Assembly (NCBI GenBank): GCA_964016885.1
Contig: OZ024747.1
Location: 82,646,001-82,710,000 of the forward strand
Direction of reading: 5' to 3'
Origin: Eledone cirrhosa
Taxonomy: Eukaryota
DNA length: 64,000 nucleotides
A program made the position numbers and the translations under genes. This document shows, piece after piece, positions 1 through 13,913 of this stretch (position 1 is its first letter; every line of letters begins with the position of its first letter). The notes beneath the pieces were generated by a model, which saw only the letters and a program-made list of their open reading frames with translations, was not told the DNA's origin and did no database searches.

Positions 1-204
1 CATACATACATACATACATACATACATACATACATACATACATGTGCGTAGTATATTTAAAATTTCATACATGTTATGTGTAAGTAAGTTTAAGTATACA
101 AAATAAGGTCTCTTGCAATAGATTGAGCATTTTTTCCTTCACCTTTTATCTTTGGATATCCTGCACACACACACACACACACACACACATGTATATATAT
201 TATG

Positions 205-263
<59 letters not shown>

Positions 264-320
264 ATATGTATATATAATACATATATATATAGATAAACAC
301 AGACACATACATATGTGTGT
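1..320. repeat. Compound microsatellite tract (CATA)n/(CA)n/(TA)n/(TG)n, representative of dozens of such tracts across the window
   Basis: Directly visible simple repeats; source of the many [12 protein letters not shown] pseudo-ORFs. Confidence 0.95.
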
Positions 321-1138
321 ATGTGTAAGGATGAATGTATTCGTGTGTAAATGTGCATGTTTATATTTGTCTATTGTTTTACTATTTTAACGCTCTTTAT
401 TCTATATGTAATATAATATCTAAACTAGTTTATGCTGAGAACGTGAAGAAACATATAGCGTTTCAGCCTGACGGCCTAAGAAAATGGTTCGTGATTATTA
501 CATTCACGCTGGGCCTTCTCTCTTGTTTCTCAACTAAGTTATTACAGGAATGGCTAAACGGAAGTACAATTACCTGCCATTTGACTGATACAATTTCTAT
601 TCCCTTCACTATACTTGTGGCTAAACGGAAGTACAGTTGTCTGTCTAATTTATATAAACATACAGTTGATAATGGTGAAAACGAAATGCTATTTTCTCAT
701 CATGCAACAGCACATACTACAAAAGACGAAAATGAATGACAGATACACCTGACAACAGTTGTCTTCAAATTCAGAATATAGTGATGCAGATAATAGTCAC
801 GTAATCCTACATGTTAATGAAGTTGAAAAGATAAAACTGCTTGCCAAATGGTTATATAATTTAACAAACAGATAGAAATACTAAAGATGACTAAATATAC
901 TACTGCTCAATGGTAAGGCGACAATGGCATGGCTGCATATTTTGGTAAATGAGGAGAAAAGTTATAATCATATGAATCTAAATGGGGCTATAGCTCAGTT
1001 ACGATTGCTATGAAATGTACTCTTGAAAAATATGACATACAGAGATCACATTCCGACTATTGATGGTGTAAAGATAACTGGCAGCTGTATATTTTCACTG
1101 ATATAATAAACACATATATACACACACATAAAACACAG

Positions 1139-1226
<88 letters not shown>

Positions 1227-2839
1227 CAAGGAGACGACAAAATAGAGGTACAAAAAGTTTTAGTTTCACGCTTTATATGGAAAAGGGGAAAGAATGTTCG
1301 ACGTGTCAGACTTTTCTCCTTCTTCGGGAGTACAAAATAGAGACAGGAGCACAAAGGATAGATACACAAAATAAAAGGTAGTCCAAGTAAAGTAAATAAT
1401 GAGAGTAAAGGAGGAATGAATGTGCAAAACAAGAAAGGCGACACAGACAAGTTATATATATATATTCCATAAACGTGTCGCCGGGAATCGAACTCACAGT
1501 CTTACGATCGTCAGCAAAACAGCCAAAGCACTTACATACATACATGCGTGTGTGTGTGTGTGTACATGTACGTATATATTTAAAACGGAATCTGTGTATG
1601 GTGCTACTTTGCTGTCTTCGTTCTCGATCATCGGGGGACTAATGAAGTGATATATAAATCAAGAGGGTGTTATGTGACTTAGTAAATATGCCTGTCATTC
1701 CATCTATAATTTCAGTATAATAAAATGCCGGAGTATATATATGTAAGCTTAAAATATCATACCATTAGTCGACAGAGAACCGCAAAGGGAAAACTCTGAA
1801 AGACTCTGAAAGACTCGCACAGACGTAGCTTTGAATAAATATAATTCTACTCTTCCTAACAGTGTTATACAATACTGTATATATCAGAAAATCTAATAAC
1901 TAACTCATGTATAATTACATTTTAAAAGCCTTTCAGTGGAAATTTAAAAAGATGAGGAAAAATATTGTACACAGAAAAAGGTTTTCAATATATATTTTAC
2001 GTGAAATTGGCCGTTCATCAGTTCACTGATAGCCTTATCCTTCTGGCTACAATCAGAGCTCCTTGTGGAGTCGTAGAGATACCGTCATACAGAGTGTCTA
2101 GGGCACTTTTACACCTGACGGAGCCCAACCCTCTCCAGGTCCTAATGCAGCTGATTTTTCCTATAGATGAAGAATCTACCCCAGTACTGTACTGGTACAT
2201 TTTTATTGACCTCGAAAGGATGAAAGGCAAAGTTGACCCAGGCGGGACATGTAAAGCATTCTATTCGACGTCTTAACGACGCAGCCAAACACTAAGATAA
2301 ACAGTATACTGTTTAATTTGTTTAAAATGCATTTGTCGGTGGTGTGAAGTTGACATTGTGATTCAGAAATTAAAAATTATATATAGAACAATTAACACTT
2401 GGAGTATATTATAATTTAACCAATATTTGTGGAGTAGCTTTCTTATAGTAAACTTAATAATTGCGGCGCTGCTAGACACTGAATATATTCTAGATACTAA
2501 GAAGATACATTCAAATGTCACGTCCTTATAAGCGCGTAGACGACGCCTGAGGACATACACGGCATTTTTCTTGTTTTCAATGCAAAGTAAATACACACAT
2601 ACGTAGTAACAGCTCATCAACGAGAACAAATATATAACTGATCTTTCAGTAAGTCTAGTGTATTATAAAAATACCCTATGGACATCCAACCAATGTCTTC
2701 TTTTAACACTTATTAGTTTTACTGTCAATATATATGTATATATAGTATTTATAAAAAAAAACACCTTAGAATCAATGCAGTTTCAAACTAACATATGTTT
2801 CAGCCGACCTATTATATACACACACACATACACACACAT

Positions 2840-2908
<69 letters not shown>

Positions 2909-2954
2909 TACACACATACACACACATATATATATATATATACACACACATATA

Positions 2955-4399
2955 CATATATATATAAAACGGAAGATGTCTGTCTGTGTGTGTGTATGAT
3001 TTTTATGCATTTCCACATTTCTCTACCGATTTTGATGATTTATTTCCCAATGTGCTCCAAATTTACCAATGATGGTCAACGCGAAATTAATTTTGCCACA
3101 AATTTCCTGCTTCTATGAAAATAATCGATAAAACTAAATACATGCTGTAACCCTCTCTCTTACACGCTCATTCACTCTCTCGACTACCCAACAGCGACAA
3201 AACTTCGTTCAGGAACGCGACATAAACTTTGAAAACTAAGCAACACATCATTTTATACAACAACAAACATAGTCATAACGCTCTCTCCGTCGCTCTATAA
3301 TAGATCATTCCCCCTCTCTATAATTTAACTGCTTTACTCTCTTCATGCTTTGAGGTTTAACACACCTCCCTATATTTTCTTAGCTTTACTCTCTCCGTCA
3401 CTCTTCCCTCTCTCTATAATAGATTATTCCCCCTCTCTATAATTTAACTGCTTTACTCTCTCTGTCGCTCTTCACTCTCTATATGACAGCACTGTTTTAC
3501 ACACCTCCCTATAGTTTCTTAGCTTTACTCTCTCCGTCGCTCTTCCCCTCTCTCTATAATATATTATCCTCCTCTCTATAATTTAATTGCTGGGAGAGTC
3601 ATTGGAGTTGTGTATTGACATACGGCTTTTCTGGGGTATTTTAAATCGGCTTATTGCAAATAACAACCCGCAAAATAACACTTCATATAACAGATTAATG
3701 CTATAGACATATGAATTGGAATGTTTAAATTATTTATTTTTTACGACTTTCATTGGTTAAATATTAATATGACAACACCCATAGTGTTGTACTTCTGGCA
3801 ATTCTGCCGAATACACTGTCAAGGATGAACCTTTTCCCCTCGGCGTCAGATATCTCGTTCGATTTCCGGCGATCCCAATTCCCGGTGAGACCATGTTTTG
3901 CCATGTCTATTAACAAGTCACAAGGGAAAACATTGTCGGTGGCGGGCATCCATTTTGGGGAGCCATGCTTCTCCCATGGCCAAGTTTATGTTGCCTGTTC
4001 CCGCGTAGGGAGCAGGAGAACTTTTTGCTTACACTCTTCAAGGGATGACACGCAATATCGTCTACAAAGAGGTGCTATAGATGTTGGTGCAGGTGTTGGA
4101 GGTGTTGGAGCTATGCCGTCTGGAAAACAATTTCCTGGTAGGGTCACCCATGGCGGACAGATCTGACACCCAGCGGCATCAGGGCCACCATCTTGCAACT
4201 TTGGTCTGCTAAATTCGCTATTGGAAGATTATTAACTCATCATTGACTGTCCAAAATTCTAATTAGTTCGTAACTTTTAATAACCGGTTCAACTGCTTTA
4301 TGCACTTAATTGATAAGCTTATTCGCTTTCAAGCCACGTTTACCTGTAAGTAACTTTTTATAGTAAATGAACAAACCCGAGCAACGCCGGGCTAAACTG

Positions 4400-4403
<4 letters not shown>
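2955..4403 (+). mobile_element. Internally deleted Helitron
   Basis: 5' TATATAAAACGGAAGATGTCTGTCTGTGTG start; internal subrepeats 3284-3590; Pif1-like helicase remnant; 3' GC hairpin CCCGAGCAACGCCGGG (4376-4391) followed by CTAA (CTRR) at 4400-4403. Confidence 0.75.
3825..4040 (+). pseudogene. Helitron RepHel C-terminal Pif1-family helicase fragment
   Basis: FRRSQFPVRPCFAMSINKSQGKTL...PCFSHGQVYVACSRV matches Pif1/Helitron helicase C-terminal motifs. Confidence 0.9.
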
Positions 4404-4452
<49 letters not shown>

Positions 4453-4640
4453 ATAGGTAGAAAAAGACGATTATTAGGAAGAAAAATTTTTTTTTTTTTT
4501 CTTTTTGTTTTTTCTCTTTTTTCTGGGTTAGAAAATGTTTAAAACAAAATATTTTACTTTGTGTGAAATGTTAAGGTATTAGTTAATTTATTTATTAATT
4601 AACAATGGCATTTATTTATTTATTTATATATTTAATAATT

Positions 4641-4680
4641 GTCTATTACCGGTTTCAGCATTTTATGCATTATCAAAGGG
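4641..4680 (-). ncRNA. Degenerate type-I hammerhead ribozyme (U3-A8 core variant) at the 3' end of the Penelope-like element
   Basis: Minus strand ccct-TTGATAA-tgca taaaa tgct-GAAA-ccgg-TA-atag; stems I and II are imperfect. Confidence 0.5.
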
Positions 4681-5067
4681 AGGAATTTGTATTGGTGTAA
4701 AATGTTGGTGATGTTGAACATGTTAAAGAGAGGGTGAAGAAAGAATAATGTTATTTACAAATAAGGTTTTTGAAGTGAAAAGAAAAATGAAAAAAAACGG
4801 GGTAATGTGGAACATGAGAAGGTAATGGGAAAGAAAAAATGTCTAGGTTATAAAGAATTGCCTTTTTGGTATGGCGAGGGTGGCACGAGTTAAATGGAAG
4901 ATATTGCTTCGAGTATGTGGGTTTGTAGTATATGTCTGTGTTTATTTTGTTTTTTGTTTCCTTGATGAAGATGTTGAGGAAAGGGAGTTGTTCATGTCTG
5001 TAATCCATTATAAATTGTAAGTTTGTGTTGAGTCCATTTAGAAGGGTTTTAAACTCAATCAGTCTTT

Positions 5068-6162
5068 CTATAATTTCATGCAAGAGGATGAAACAGTCGT
5101 CCAGATATCTCTTCCAGTTTTTCTATGTGTAAGTAGAACTTTGCGGTAGAGAGTGGTTTCCAAATATCCCATGACAAGGTTGGCGTATGAGGGGGCTACT
5201 TTCGTGCCCATGGCAGTCCCAGATTTCTGTCTGTAGTATTTGGCATCGAATTCGAAGAAGTTATTTTCCAAGATGAATTTGAGTCCCTCCAACACAAATT
5301 CTTTAGGGATGCGCTGTGGAAGTTCACTAGGGAAATGTTCCAGCCAGAATTGTATTGCCTCTATGCTTAGGTTGTGTGGGATATTGGAATATAGATTGAT
5401 GACATCAAAGGTTACTAGTAGGGTATGTTCATTATTAAGTGTTGTTGGGAGGTGGTTGAGCATGTCAAGGTCGTCCCTTATGAAGCTTTTTATGTGTTTT
5501 AGGAAAGGTTTAAGCAGAATATCTAGGACGTTGCTTAGGCGGTGGGTTTCACATGTGGTACCTGCTATTATGGGTCTTAATTTAAGGTCATCAGGAGGGG
5601 GTATATTGATGTAAATGTCTGTAGCTTGCTTGCAGGCCCTGCCTATTACTTCGCTTTTGTGTGTCTTAGGGATACCGTAGAAGAGGCTGGTTCTGCTTTT
5701 GGTGATGTAGTTGTATTCCTTGTTGGTAAGGACTTCTTTGTAAAGGGTTGTTAGGGATTTTAGGTTTCTCATTATTTTCTGTTGTGTGTAGTGTTGGGCC
5801 TTTTCGTAATATGTTTGGTTTTCTAGAGTTGAGAGTACTAGAGTTGTGTAATAATCTGTCTCCATAAGGATTACTGCACTCCCTTTATCCGCCTCTTTGA
5901 TTGTTAGGGTTTTGTCGTTCTTTAGACTGTTAAGACCATTCCATTCTTTTTTGCTTAGGTTTGGTTTTTGTTTATGTCTGTGTAGGTGGTGGTATGGGTA
6001 ATTAGTAATGTGTTCGCAGAATTGATCGTGGAATTTGTTCTTGTCTTTTGGTGGGGTGTAGTTGCTTCTATTTCTGGCTATTGAGTCATCCTCATTGTAT
6101 TTGTCGTATAGTTGCTCGCTGAGTCTTAGTTTTCTACAGAATTCTGCAATATCTTCCTTCAT
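5068..6162 (-). pseudogene. PLE reverse transcriptase, frameshifted near the YxDD motif and continuing in ORF 4751-5083
   Basis: 364-aa ORF with PLE/TERT-like RT motifs; the RYLDD motif is read in a different frame near 5090-5110. Confidence 0.88.
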
Positions 6163-6369
6163 TTCGGGGTAGTTTGGTCGTTGGGGAGTTGGTGTAAATT
6201 TCAGACCTTTGGAGAGTATGTTGATTTTGTCTGTTGTTAATTCTTTAGAGGTTAAATTAACGATTTTTATTACATTTTGTGTCTCCTGTGTGTTTTGTGT
6301 TATCTTGTTACCCTGTGTCTGTGTGTTGTGTCTAAAAAATGACTACGGAAGTTGTGCTCCTTCTCCACA

Positions 6370-6550
6370 TGGATTGGCAGTATCGGTAGAGGGTCGGACG
6401 CTATGCTTTGACGCATAGAGTTACGGCCTTTGCCATTCTGAGTTCAAATCCCGCCGAGGTTAACTTTGCCTTTCATCCTCACGGGGTCGATAAAATAAAG
6501 TACCAGTAATGCACTGGGTAATTGCTGGCCTTGTGCCAAACGTAGAAACA

Positions 6551-6565
<15 letters not shown>
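6370..6565 (+). mobile_element. tRNA-derived SINE, family A
   Basis: A box TGGCAGTATCGG, B box GAGTTCAAATCC, body GCCTTTCATCCT..GGGGTCGATAAAATAAAGTACC, (ATT)n tail; about 20 copies in the window. Confidence 0.9.
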
Positions 6566-6642
<77 letters not shown>

Positions 6643-6879
6643 TGTAATAAACAACATAAGGCAATTATTCCATTTACCAGTGGTTTCTTAAAAGCAAAAA
6701 ATGTTTCTTTCAATCATCAGAATGAAAAAATCCTGGTCTATTTATTGATATTGGATTCTAAAAACAAAAATGCAATCTATATGAAAGTGAGGCTGGAGAA
6801 GGAAGAAGGAAAGTAAAAATAAAATAAAATAAAATAAAAACACACATGCAAACACACACACACACACAATTATATACAT

Positions 6880-6969
<90 letters not shown>

Positions 6970-7183
6970 ATACACTCATACATACACACACACATATACA
7001 CATATATATGTGTATATACATACACATACATATACACAACCACACACACATATATACACATATATATATAGAAATAGAAATATATATATATATATATATA
7101 TATGCATACACATACACATACATAGCCATACACACTTCCTTAATATATATATATATATATATAAACTGTATCCATTCAAATCT

Positions 7184-7244
<61 letters not shown>

Positions 7245-7374
7245 TATATATATACACACACACATATATATATATATACACACACACATATGTGGGTATA
7301 TATATGCATGTGTATAGATATGTATATATGTATATATGTATAAGAATCCTGTATATATTGATATATGTGTGTGT

Positions 7375-7566
7375 GAAGGTGCATGGCTTAGTGGTTAGAG
7401 CATCGAGCTTACAATCGTGAGGTTGTGAGTTCGATTCTGGGACCGGGATTTGCGTTGTGTTCTTGAGCAAGACACTTTATTTCACGTTGCTCCAGTTCAC
7501 TTAGCTGTAGAAATGAGTTGTGACGTCACTGGTGCCAAGCTGTATCGACCTTTCCCTTGATCAACA
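7375..7566 (+). mobile_element. tRNA-derived CORE-like SINE, family B
   Basis: TGGCTTAGTGG A box, GAGTTCGATTC B box, CORE-like TTGAGCAAGACACTT. Confidence 0.8.
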
Positions 7567-7620
7567 TTGTATATGCGTGTGCTATGTAAACCTATCTATG
7601 TGTGATCACTATTTCACCGG

Positions 7621-7806
7621 CAGTGGATTGGCAGTATCGGTAGAGGGTCTGACGCCATGCTTTGCAGCAAAGAGTTGCGGCCTTTTATGGTCTGAGTTCA
7701 AATCCCGCTGAGGTTAACTTTGCCTTTCATCCTTACGGGGTCGATAAATTAAATTACCAGTAATGCACTGGTTAATTGCTGGCCTTGTGCCAAAAGTAGA
7801 AATAAT
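7621..7806 (+). mobile_element. SINE family A with 11-bp target-site duplication
   Basis: TATTTCACCGG at 7610-7620 and 7807-7817. Confidence 0.9.
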
Positions 7807-8819
7807 TATTTCACCGGTTCTTTGAGAATATTTTAAATTATTAACATGAATCTAATATATTGATAAATTCCAAGTTCCACTAAACTGACCTCTCTGTATC
7901 TATCTATCTATCTCCCCTTCTCACTCATTCTTTATCTATCACTGTTCTGAAATAATATGTTTACTACTATATATTTATTGCGTCCTTCACAGAGAAAAAT
8001 TAATAATTGTAATAATTGCGATACGAACTCGCAACTTTCAAACTGATTAGTTGATTTCTCATCCACACAATTATTGCGACTCTTGTAACAAAGCATAATA
8101 TTCACACACGTCATATCAATAAAATGCAATTTCAGTTATCAACGACTCTCAGTACTTCTTCTCATTGTGTATTCATAGCAGAAAAATATCACAGCAATCC
8201 AATTTCCAATCTTGCAATCATCAAATGCAATGAAATAAATGAATATATAAGAAAACTGTTCGACATATTCATCAATCGTAAAATGGTTGTCAAAAACAGG
8301 TGACATTTCTTCCTTAATCCTCTTCTGATTGTCGACAAAATTCAAATGACATATTTTTTAATCATTCTTAAACGAGCAAAAAAACCTATTGAAATGTTTC
8401 CACATTTCACAAATTTAATGACAACGAGTAGGCAACACATTTCTTTCTTTTCACCAACATTGTAAAATTACAAAAAAGCTCCACCATATTTTTTTTATAT
8501 AATACTTAAAATAACAGCAGACAGGACAAAATAAAACACGATATTTGTTTTTTGCAATTCTTTAGACATATATATGTATATACATATAGATATATATATA
8601 TATGTATGTATGTATATATATATGTATATATATATGTATATATATGTATATATATATATATATATACGTGTATATATATAATATATATATATGTATATAT
8701 ATGTACATATACGTATATAAATATATATATGTATATATAATATATATATATATACATATATATGTATATATATATGTATATATATATATATATGTATATA
8801 CATAATATATACATATATA

Positions 8820-8850
<31 letters not shown>

Positions 8851-8885
8851 ATATGTATGTATATATATGTATATATACATATGTA

Positions 8886-8945
<60 letters not shown>

Positions 8946-9001
8946 ATGCATATAAGTATATATATATATATATATCTTTATACATCTATGTATGTATTCA
9001 T

Positions 9002-9066
<65 letters not shown>

Positions 9067-9559
9067 TTCTTTTTTATAGATAACTTTTAGTTTCAAATTT
9101 GGAGTAAAATTAATCAAGAAAGAGTTGTTGACACTTACTAAATGAATAGAAAATTCTTTTACTTTGTCGAATCAGGAAAATTGAATTCTGAAATATATTC
9201 ACTTACCTAAAATGAAATAAGAACAAGAAAAAAAAGAGTTTAGCACAAAAATTGTTGCACCAGAAATGTATGTGTAAGTGATAATTTAAGATGCAAAACT
9301 CGATTTATCTATTAAGAGAATTTCTTGATAATATTTTTTTATATAAATTCATTTTATTTCTCAAATATAAAATATACACAAAGAAACGTTTCACAAATTG
9401 TTAAATATATAAATGGAAAAGGTTTGTTAATTTTGTGAAGAGGTTTTGTGTTGTCGAAACTATTCTGTGCAAAAGTCTACGGGTATAATGATATTTTTTT
9501 AAAGGATATTCTCACATATACACAAGACCAGAAATTTATTCGAAGAGGGTAGCCATTAC

Positions 9560-9935
9560 AAATGATCCCAGCACTTGATAGTTTATTGAGTTTTTTTTTC
9601 ATATTTTATCGACCTCGAAAGGATAAAAGAATAAGTTGACTTCGGTAGATTCTGAACTCTGAAAGTAAAGAACTGAAGCAAATATCACAAACCGCACTCT
9701 AACGATTCTGCCAATTTACTATCCTAGACGGTTTTGTAATAATAATTTCTTACATAAGCACAACGCTATACATTTTCTGGGGGAATTAGTTCATTAAATC
9801 GATCCTTTACTTGACTGATGTTTTATTTTATCAACCCATGACGATGAAAGGTAAAATTGACCTCTGTGGTGTTTGAATACTGAACATTAAAGATGAAGAT
9901 CAGAGACCGCTCTACCGACTCGGCCAATTCACCTC
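9560..9935 (-). mobile_element. Two old, diverged SINE family A-like copies
   Basis: TTTTATCGACCTCGAAAGGATAAAA.. and TTTTATCAACCCATGACGATGAAAGGTAAAATTGACC match the reverse complement of the family body. Confidence 0.6.
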
Positions 9936-10399
9936 CCTCGGTTATTGTGTAATAATGACATATGATGTACTATGTTACTTAGCAGTGATGTATAAATACT
10001 AAATGATTTATCATGAGCGTATAATTACTATCTCTTAAAAGCTAGGCTTGCTAGAAATAACAACTAAATTTCCTACAAAACACATTTTAATATCTTCAAA
10101 AAAGTGAAGACATATGTAACTACATGTGTGCATCTAACAAAACATGTGTATTCAGTATGTTAAATAATGTTTTGTTTTGTTTTATCTTTTTCATGTGATG
10201 CCAAATATACAAGATGTGTAGAGGTTACTTTGAGACTAAGATCAAATGTGTTTCAGTAGGTTGATTTGTGATGTACAGATAGTTATCTATATAGCTATCT
10301 ATCTATTAGTATGTCTGTACCAATCTTTCTTATATAGATAGACAATGAAAAAAAAATGATAAAAATTAAAGTTATTAGTATTATATATATTTACGATGT

Positions 10400-10642
10400 A
10401 TATGCGTAGACATATATATGTGGGGGGGAGTTGTATTGTGTGCTTTTGTCTGTTAATGTATGTGTGTAGATATATATGTTGTGGGGGGTGTATTGTGTGC
10501 TTGTCTGTTAAGGTATGTGTGTAGCTATATATGTGTTGTGGGAGGGTGTATTGTGTGCTTCTGTCTGTTAAGGTATGTGTGTAGCTATATATGTGTTGTG
10601 GGAGGGTGTATTGTGTGCTTCTGTCTGTTAAGGTATGTGTGT
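10400..10642. repeat. About 60-bp tandem repeat, about 4 copies
   Basis: GTGTAGCTATATATGTGTTGTGGGAGGGTGTATTGTGTGCTTCTGTCTGTTAAGGTAT repeated. Confidence 0.9.
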
Positions 10643-11348
10643 ATTTAATAGTTTATTCTCTACAAGCCTCGTGGGATTCTTTGTGAGTAGTTAGACAGTT
10701 GTATCTGTTCATGTGTCTGCATATATTTATGATATTTCTGTTTTTACTGATTTATATGTAATTCTCAACAATCGGAGTGCAAATATATGTGTGAGTGTCT
10801 GTGTGGGAGCAGTATTGAATCTGTATTTACGTGTGGGTGTGTGTGGGAGGGTGGGTGTACACGGGTGCATGTATTAGAGTGGTAATTCCATGGAAACCAA
10901 GTTCATTGCTCTGCAAAGATGATTTTGCTCTAATTACAAAAATCGTCAATATTTACAAAAACAACCAATAATCAATACAACAGAGTAAGCACTACACACC
11001 CCAATCCTACCCATTGTTAATCTTTCTTATTCGTTACCACTGCAAACGTCAGTCTACTCAACTGCCCACACACCCATCTCTGTAGTCAGGAGAGAGTAAC
11101 GTCAACGATATTACTGAAGAAATAGAAGTATATACGAGAGAGGGAAAAAAAGAAAGAGCGAGAGAGAGGGAGAAAGAGGGAGAGGGAGAGAGAGAGAATG
11201 GGGGTAGAAAGAGAAAAAGAATTGGAATTTAAAGAACAGCGAATGGTATTTCTTTAAATGTTCTCGAAGCAATGTCTGGATCAATTAATTAAACAGCATA
11301 CACATATACTTGCATACATAAATTCCTCGCGCGCGCGCGCACACACAC

Positions 11349-11395
<47 letters not shown>

Positions 11396-11419
11396 TATAT
11401 ATACATACATATACATACC

Positions 11420-11465
<46 letters not shown>

Positions 11466-11467
<2 letters not shown>

Positions 11468-11545
11468 CAGGGTGACAAAAATATGTATAAACACGTGTAC
11501 AGGTAATCAAAGTGTGTATATATTTATTTTTTGGAACACCCTATA
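11466..11545. mobile_element. Small Tc1/mariner-type MITE remnant
   Basis: TACAGGGTG ... CACCCTATA termini in a TA context. Confidence 0.5.
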
Positions 11546-12838
11546 TATATGTGTGTGTGCGTGTTGTTGTAAAATGCGGTCTCCAACTACAACACGGCTC
11601 CAACAGCCCAAGGGTAGCAACTGGGAAACCATAAGCCCGCCCAGCTAGACAACGTTGGTACCACAAAACACTGTTATCTTTAACCAACGATATTAAAGAA
11701 ATATTTCTCAACCCAGAATAAATGTTATCAATCAAAATAAAAACTATTTGAATTTACAAGAAATAAGTTGAAGATCTTGTTCCGGGAGTTATTAAGATGC
11801 TTGAAAAAAATGGTTGTTCGGAGAACGATATAGGGAGAAAGCTGAGTGTGTGTGTGTTGGGAGGGTGGGGGGGGGGGGGGGTAAATAGTCCAGTTTTGCT
11901 TTAATTTTTGCATTTGAGATATATGTGGTCAGACTTTACGGAAAAGAATTAGACCTTTTCGATTGACCAATTATAACAATTATAAACGAAAACGATGCAG
12001 TTCTTCAGGCATTTTGCTTCTAATCAAGCAATACTTTTCTGTAGATGTGGTTTCTGGAGATTAAAGAATGAGAAGTAGATGATTCTACATGCTGACTACT
12101 AAACAGTGAGTATAACCTTGTATAGGTTCAGTTTCGGTAAGGGTTTTACTGTTACATCTCGATCCAGCCACTCTGCAGAAAACTGTCAATCATCGTAGAG
12201 AATTGTGGCATTTCGTTACATGCCATATTGGGAAAGTAAATTGACTTGATTTTGTTTTCGCAAAAGTTGCGCAGAGTAATTTACATAATGGTGATATTCA
12301 GTTCCTGTAGCACCTATTTGCTCAGATGTTTTGACTTTCCAATATGGTGCAAATGTCAAATAATTGTTGGATTGTCAACGTCTAGTACTTGTGCAGCCAC
12401 TCAAGTTGTTTTGTTTTATTAATGACTCTCACTTGGTCGTAGTCAAGAGCAGTCTGAAAAGTTCTTCATCTTTATATAATTGGGAGGAACTGCTACGAAA
12501 TTTATGGAACCTATGTTGAACTGTACTTTCGTTGATGGCTCTTTGACCAAATGTTTGATTGATATTGCAAGCAGTTCCAGCTGCTTTGCGTTCTATTTTG
12601 AACACATACTATAATGTAGTTTTCTTTCCCCAGCTTTAATCTAGCAGCGTAAAATAAACAGGAATAATCAATAAAAACAAAGCCATTACAATAAATCAAT
12701 AGGCGGAAATCTACGCTTGAAAATGCTTATATTACATGAAAGTATTTAAATAAATTTTTATTCCAAATTAAGAACTAAAGTATAAAATAAGAAAACCGGA
12801 ATTACATTTCCACCAACCAATACATACATTCATTCACT

Positions 12839-12950
<112 letters not shown>

Positions 12951-13303
12951 CTATCTATCTATCTATCTATCTCTCTCTCGCACACACACACACAAACACA
13001 CATACATTATATATATGTGCGTGTGCCTATTGTGTATGTAAACACAGATGATGCCAAGATAATATCACTCAGGATAACAAACAAGATATTATTTCTTCTT
13101 GTGTAGGACTTAGTAAAGAATTCTAAGTGCGTAAAAATATACAATACTTATCCAGAGTATTGATATGAAATATCACCAATTGAAATCTAAATATCTAGAT
13201 ATAGAATGATGCGAGCACTGATAAGGTATAATAAGGTGTCTACATATTGAATTGATGTGTGACAGCTTTCTTATTTCTAACGTTATCTAGATTTCTCTTG
13301 GTG

Positions 13304-13341
<38 letters not shown>

Positions 13342-13535
13342 TCAGGTTTGAGGTTCACCACTGTATAGAGCTGGTCTATTCCGTATGGTCAATCGTAATG
13401 CAATAATATAGAGAGTACTCAACGTAAAGCAGTTCAACCGTCTTTGTTTTTGTAGTTGGTGGTGCTATTACGGAGTTAAATATTATAATGAAATGACAGG
13501 AGGCTGGATTTGTGTAAATCCTTGAAAGGTTTATT

Positions 13536-13593
13536 ATACTATGATCATTTCAATGACCGGGTTCCGTATGAATCCGGTGATATCATCAGGTAT
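13536..13593 (-). ncRNA. Type-I hammerhead ribozyme in the left arm of the palindrome (mirror copy)
   Basis: Exact reverse complement of 13773-13830. Confidence 0.8.
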
Positions 13594-13772
13594 TCGAAAT
13601 ATAATACGTGAATGTAATAGGTAAAATCCATGGGGCTGAAAATCGAGACCCGAGGGCGACCGCTATTCTGTTCCTTCAACCTGAGGTTGAAGGAACAGAA
13701 TAGCGGTCGCCCTCGGGTCTCGATTTTCAGCCCCATGGATTTTACCTATTACATTCACGTATTATATTTCGA

Positions 13773-13830
13773 ATACCTGATGATATCACCGGATTCATAC
13801 GGAACCCGGTCATTGAAATGATCATAGTAT
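13773..13830 (+). ncRNA. Type-I hammerhead ribozyme in the right arm of the palindrome
   Basis: atac-CTGATGA-tatcaccggattc atacg gaacccggtcatt-GAAA-tgatca-TA-gtat; predicted cleavage after 13826 (AUA). Confidence 0.8.
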
Positions 13831-13881
13831 AATAAACCTTTCAAGGATTTACACAAATCCAGCCTCCTGTCATTTCATTAT

Positions 13882-13913
<32 letters not shown>

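Larger units (their letters stand above)
4450..6340 (-). mobile_element. Penelope-like retroelement (PLE), decayed, GIY-YIG domain missing
   Basis: N-terminal IVNLTSKEL..ILSKGLKFTPTP, then ADKGSAVIL, LRPII, FDVINLYSNIPH, GTAMGTKVAPSYANLVMG; frameshifted thumb LPFLNI..TDIYYKPT..YLPFNSCHP; HHR-like 3' terminus. Confidence 0.9.
13485..13881. repeat. Perfect 397-bp palindrome (198-bp arms, 1-nt centre at 13683)
   Basis: Identical 63-aa ORFs on both strands; arms are exact reverse complements by eye. Confidence 0.97.

Noticed and set aside
455-525. Partial hammerhead-like strings (also about 1295-1330, 16800, 21260-21300 and 45730-45800)
   Set aside because: One core strand is missing or mutated and the stems do not close; at most decayed remnants
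6370-6460. tRNA genes suggested by A and B boxes
   Set aside because: These are SINE heads continuing into the SINE body; no cloverleaf or acceptor stem
11900-12720. Possible mariner transposase remnant (also 40348-40770)
   Set aside because: Too degenerate to support a DDD/E motif without an alignment
13545-13821. Identical 63-aa ORFs on both strands
   Set aside because: A consequence of the palindrome; no recognisable domain
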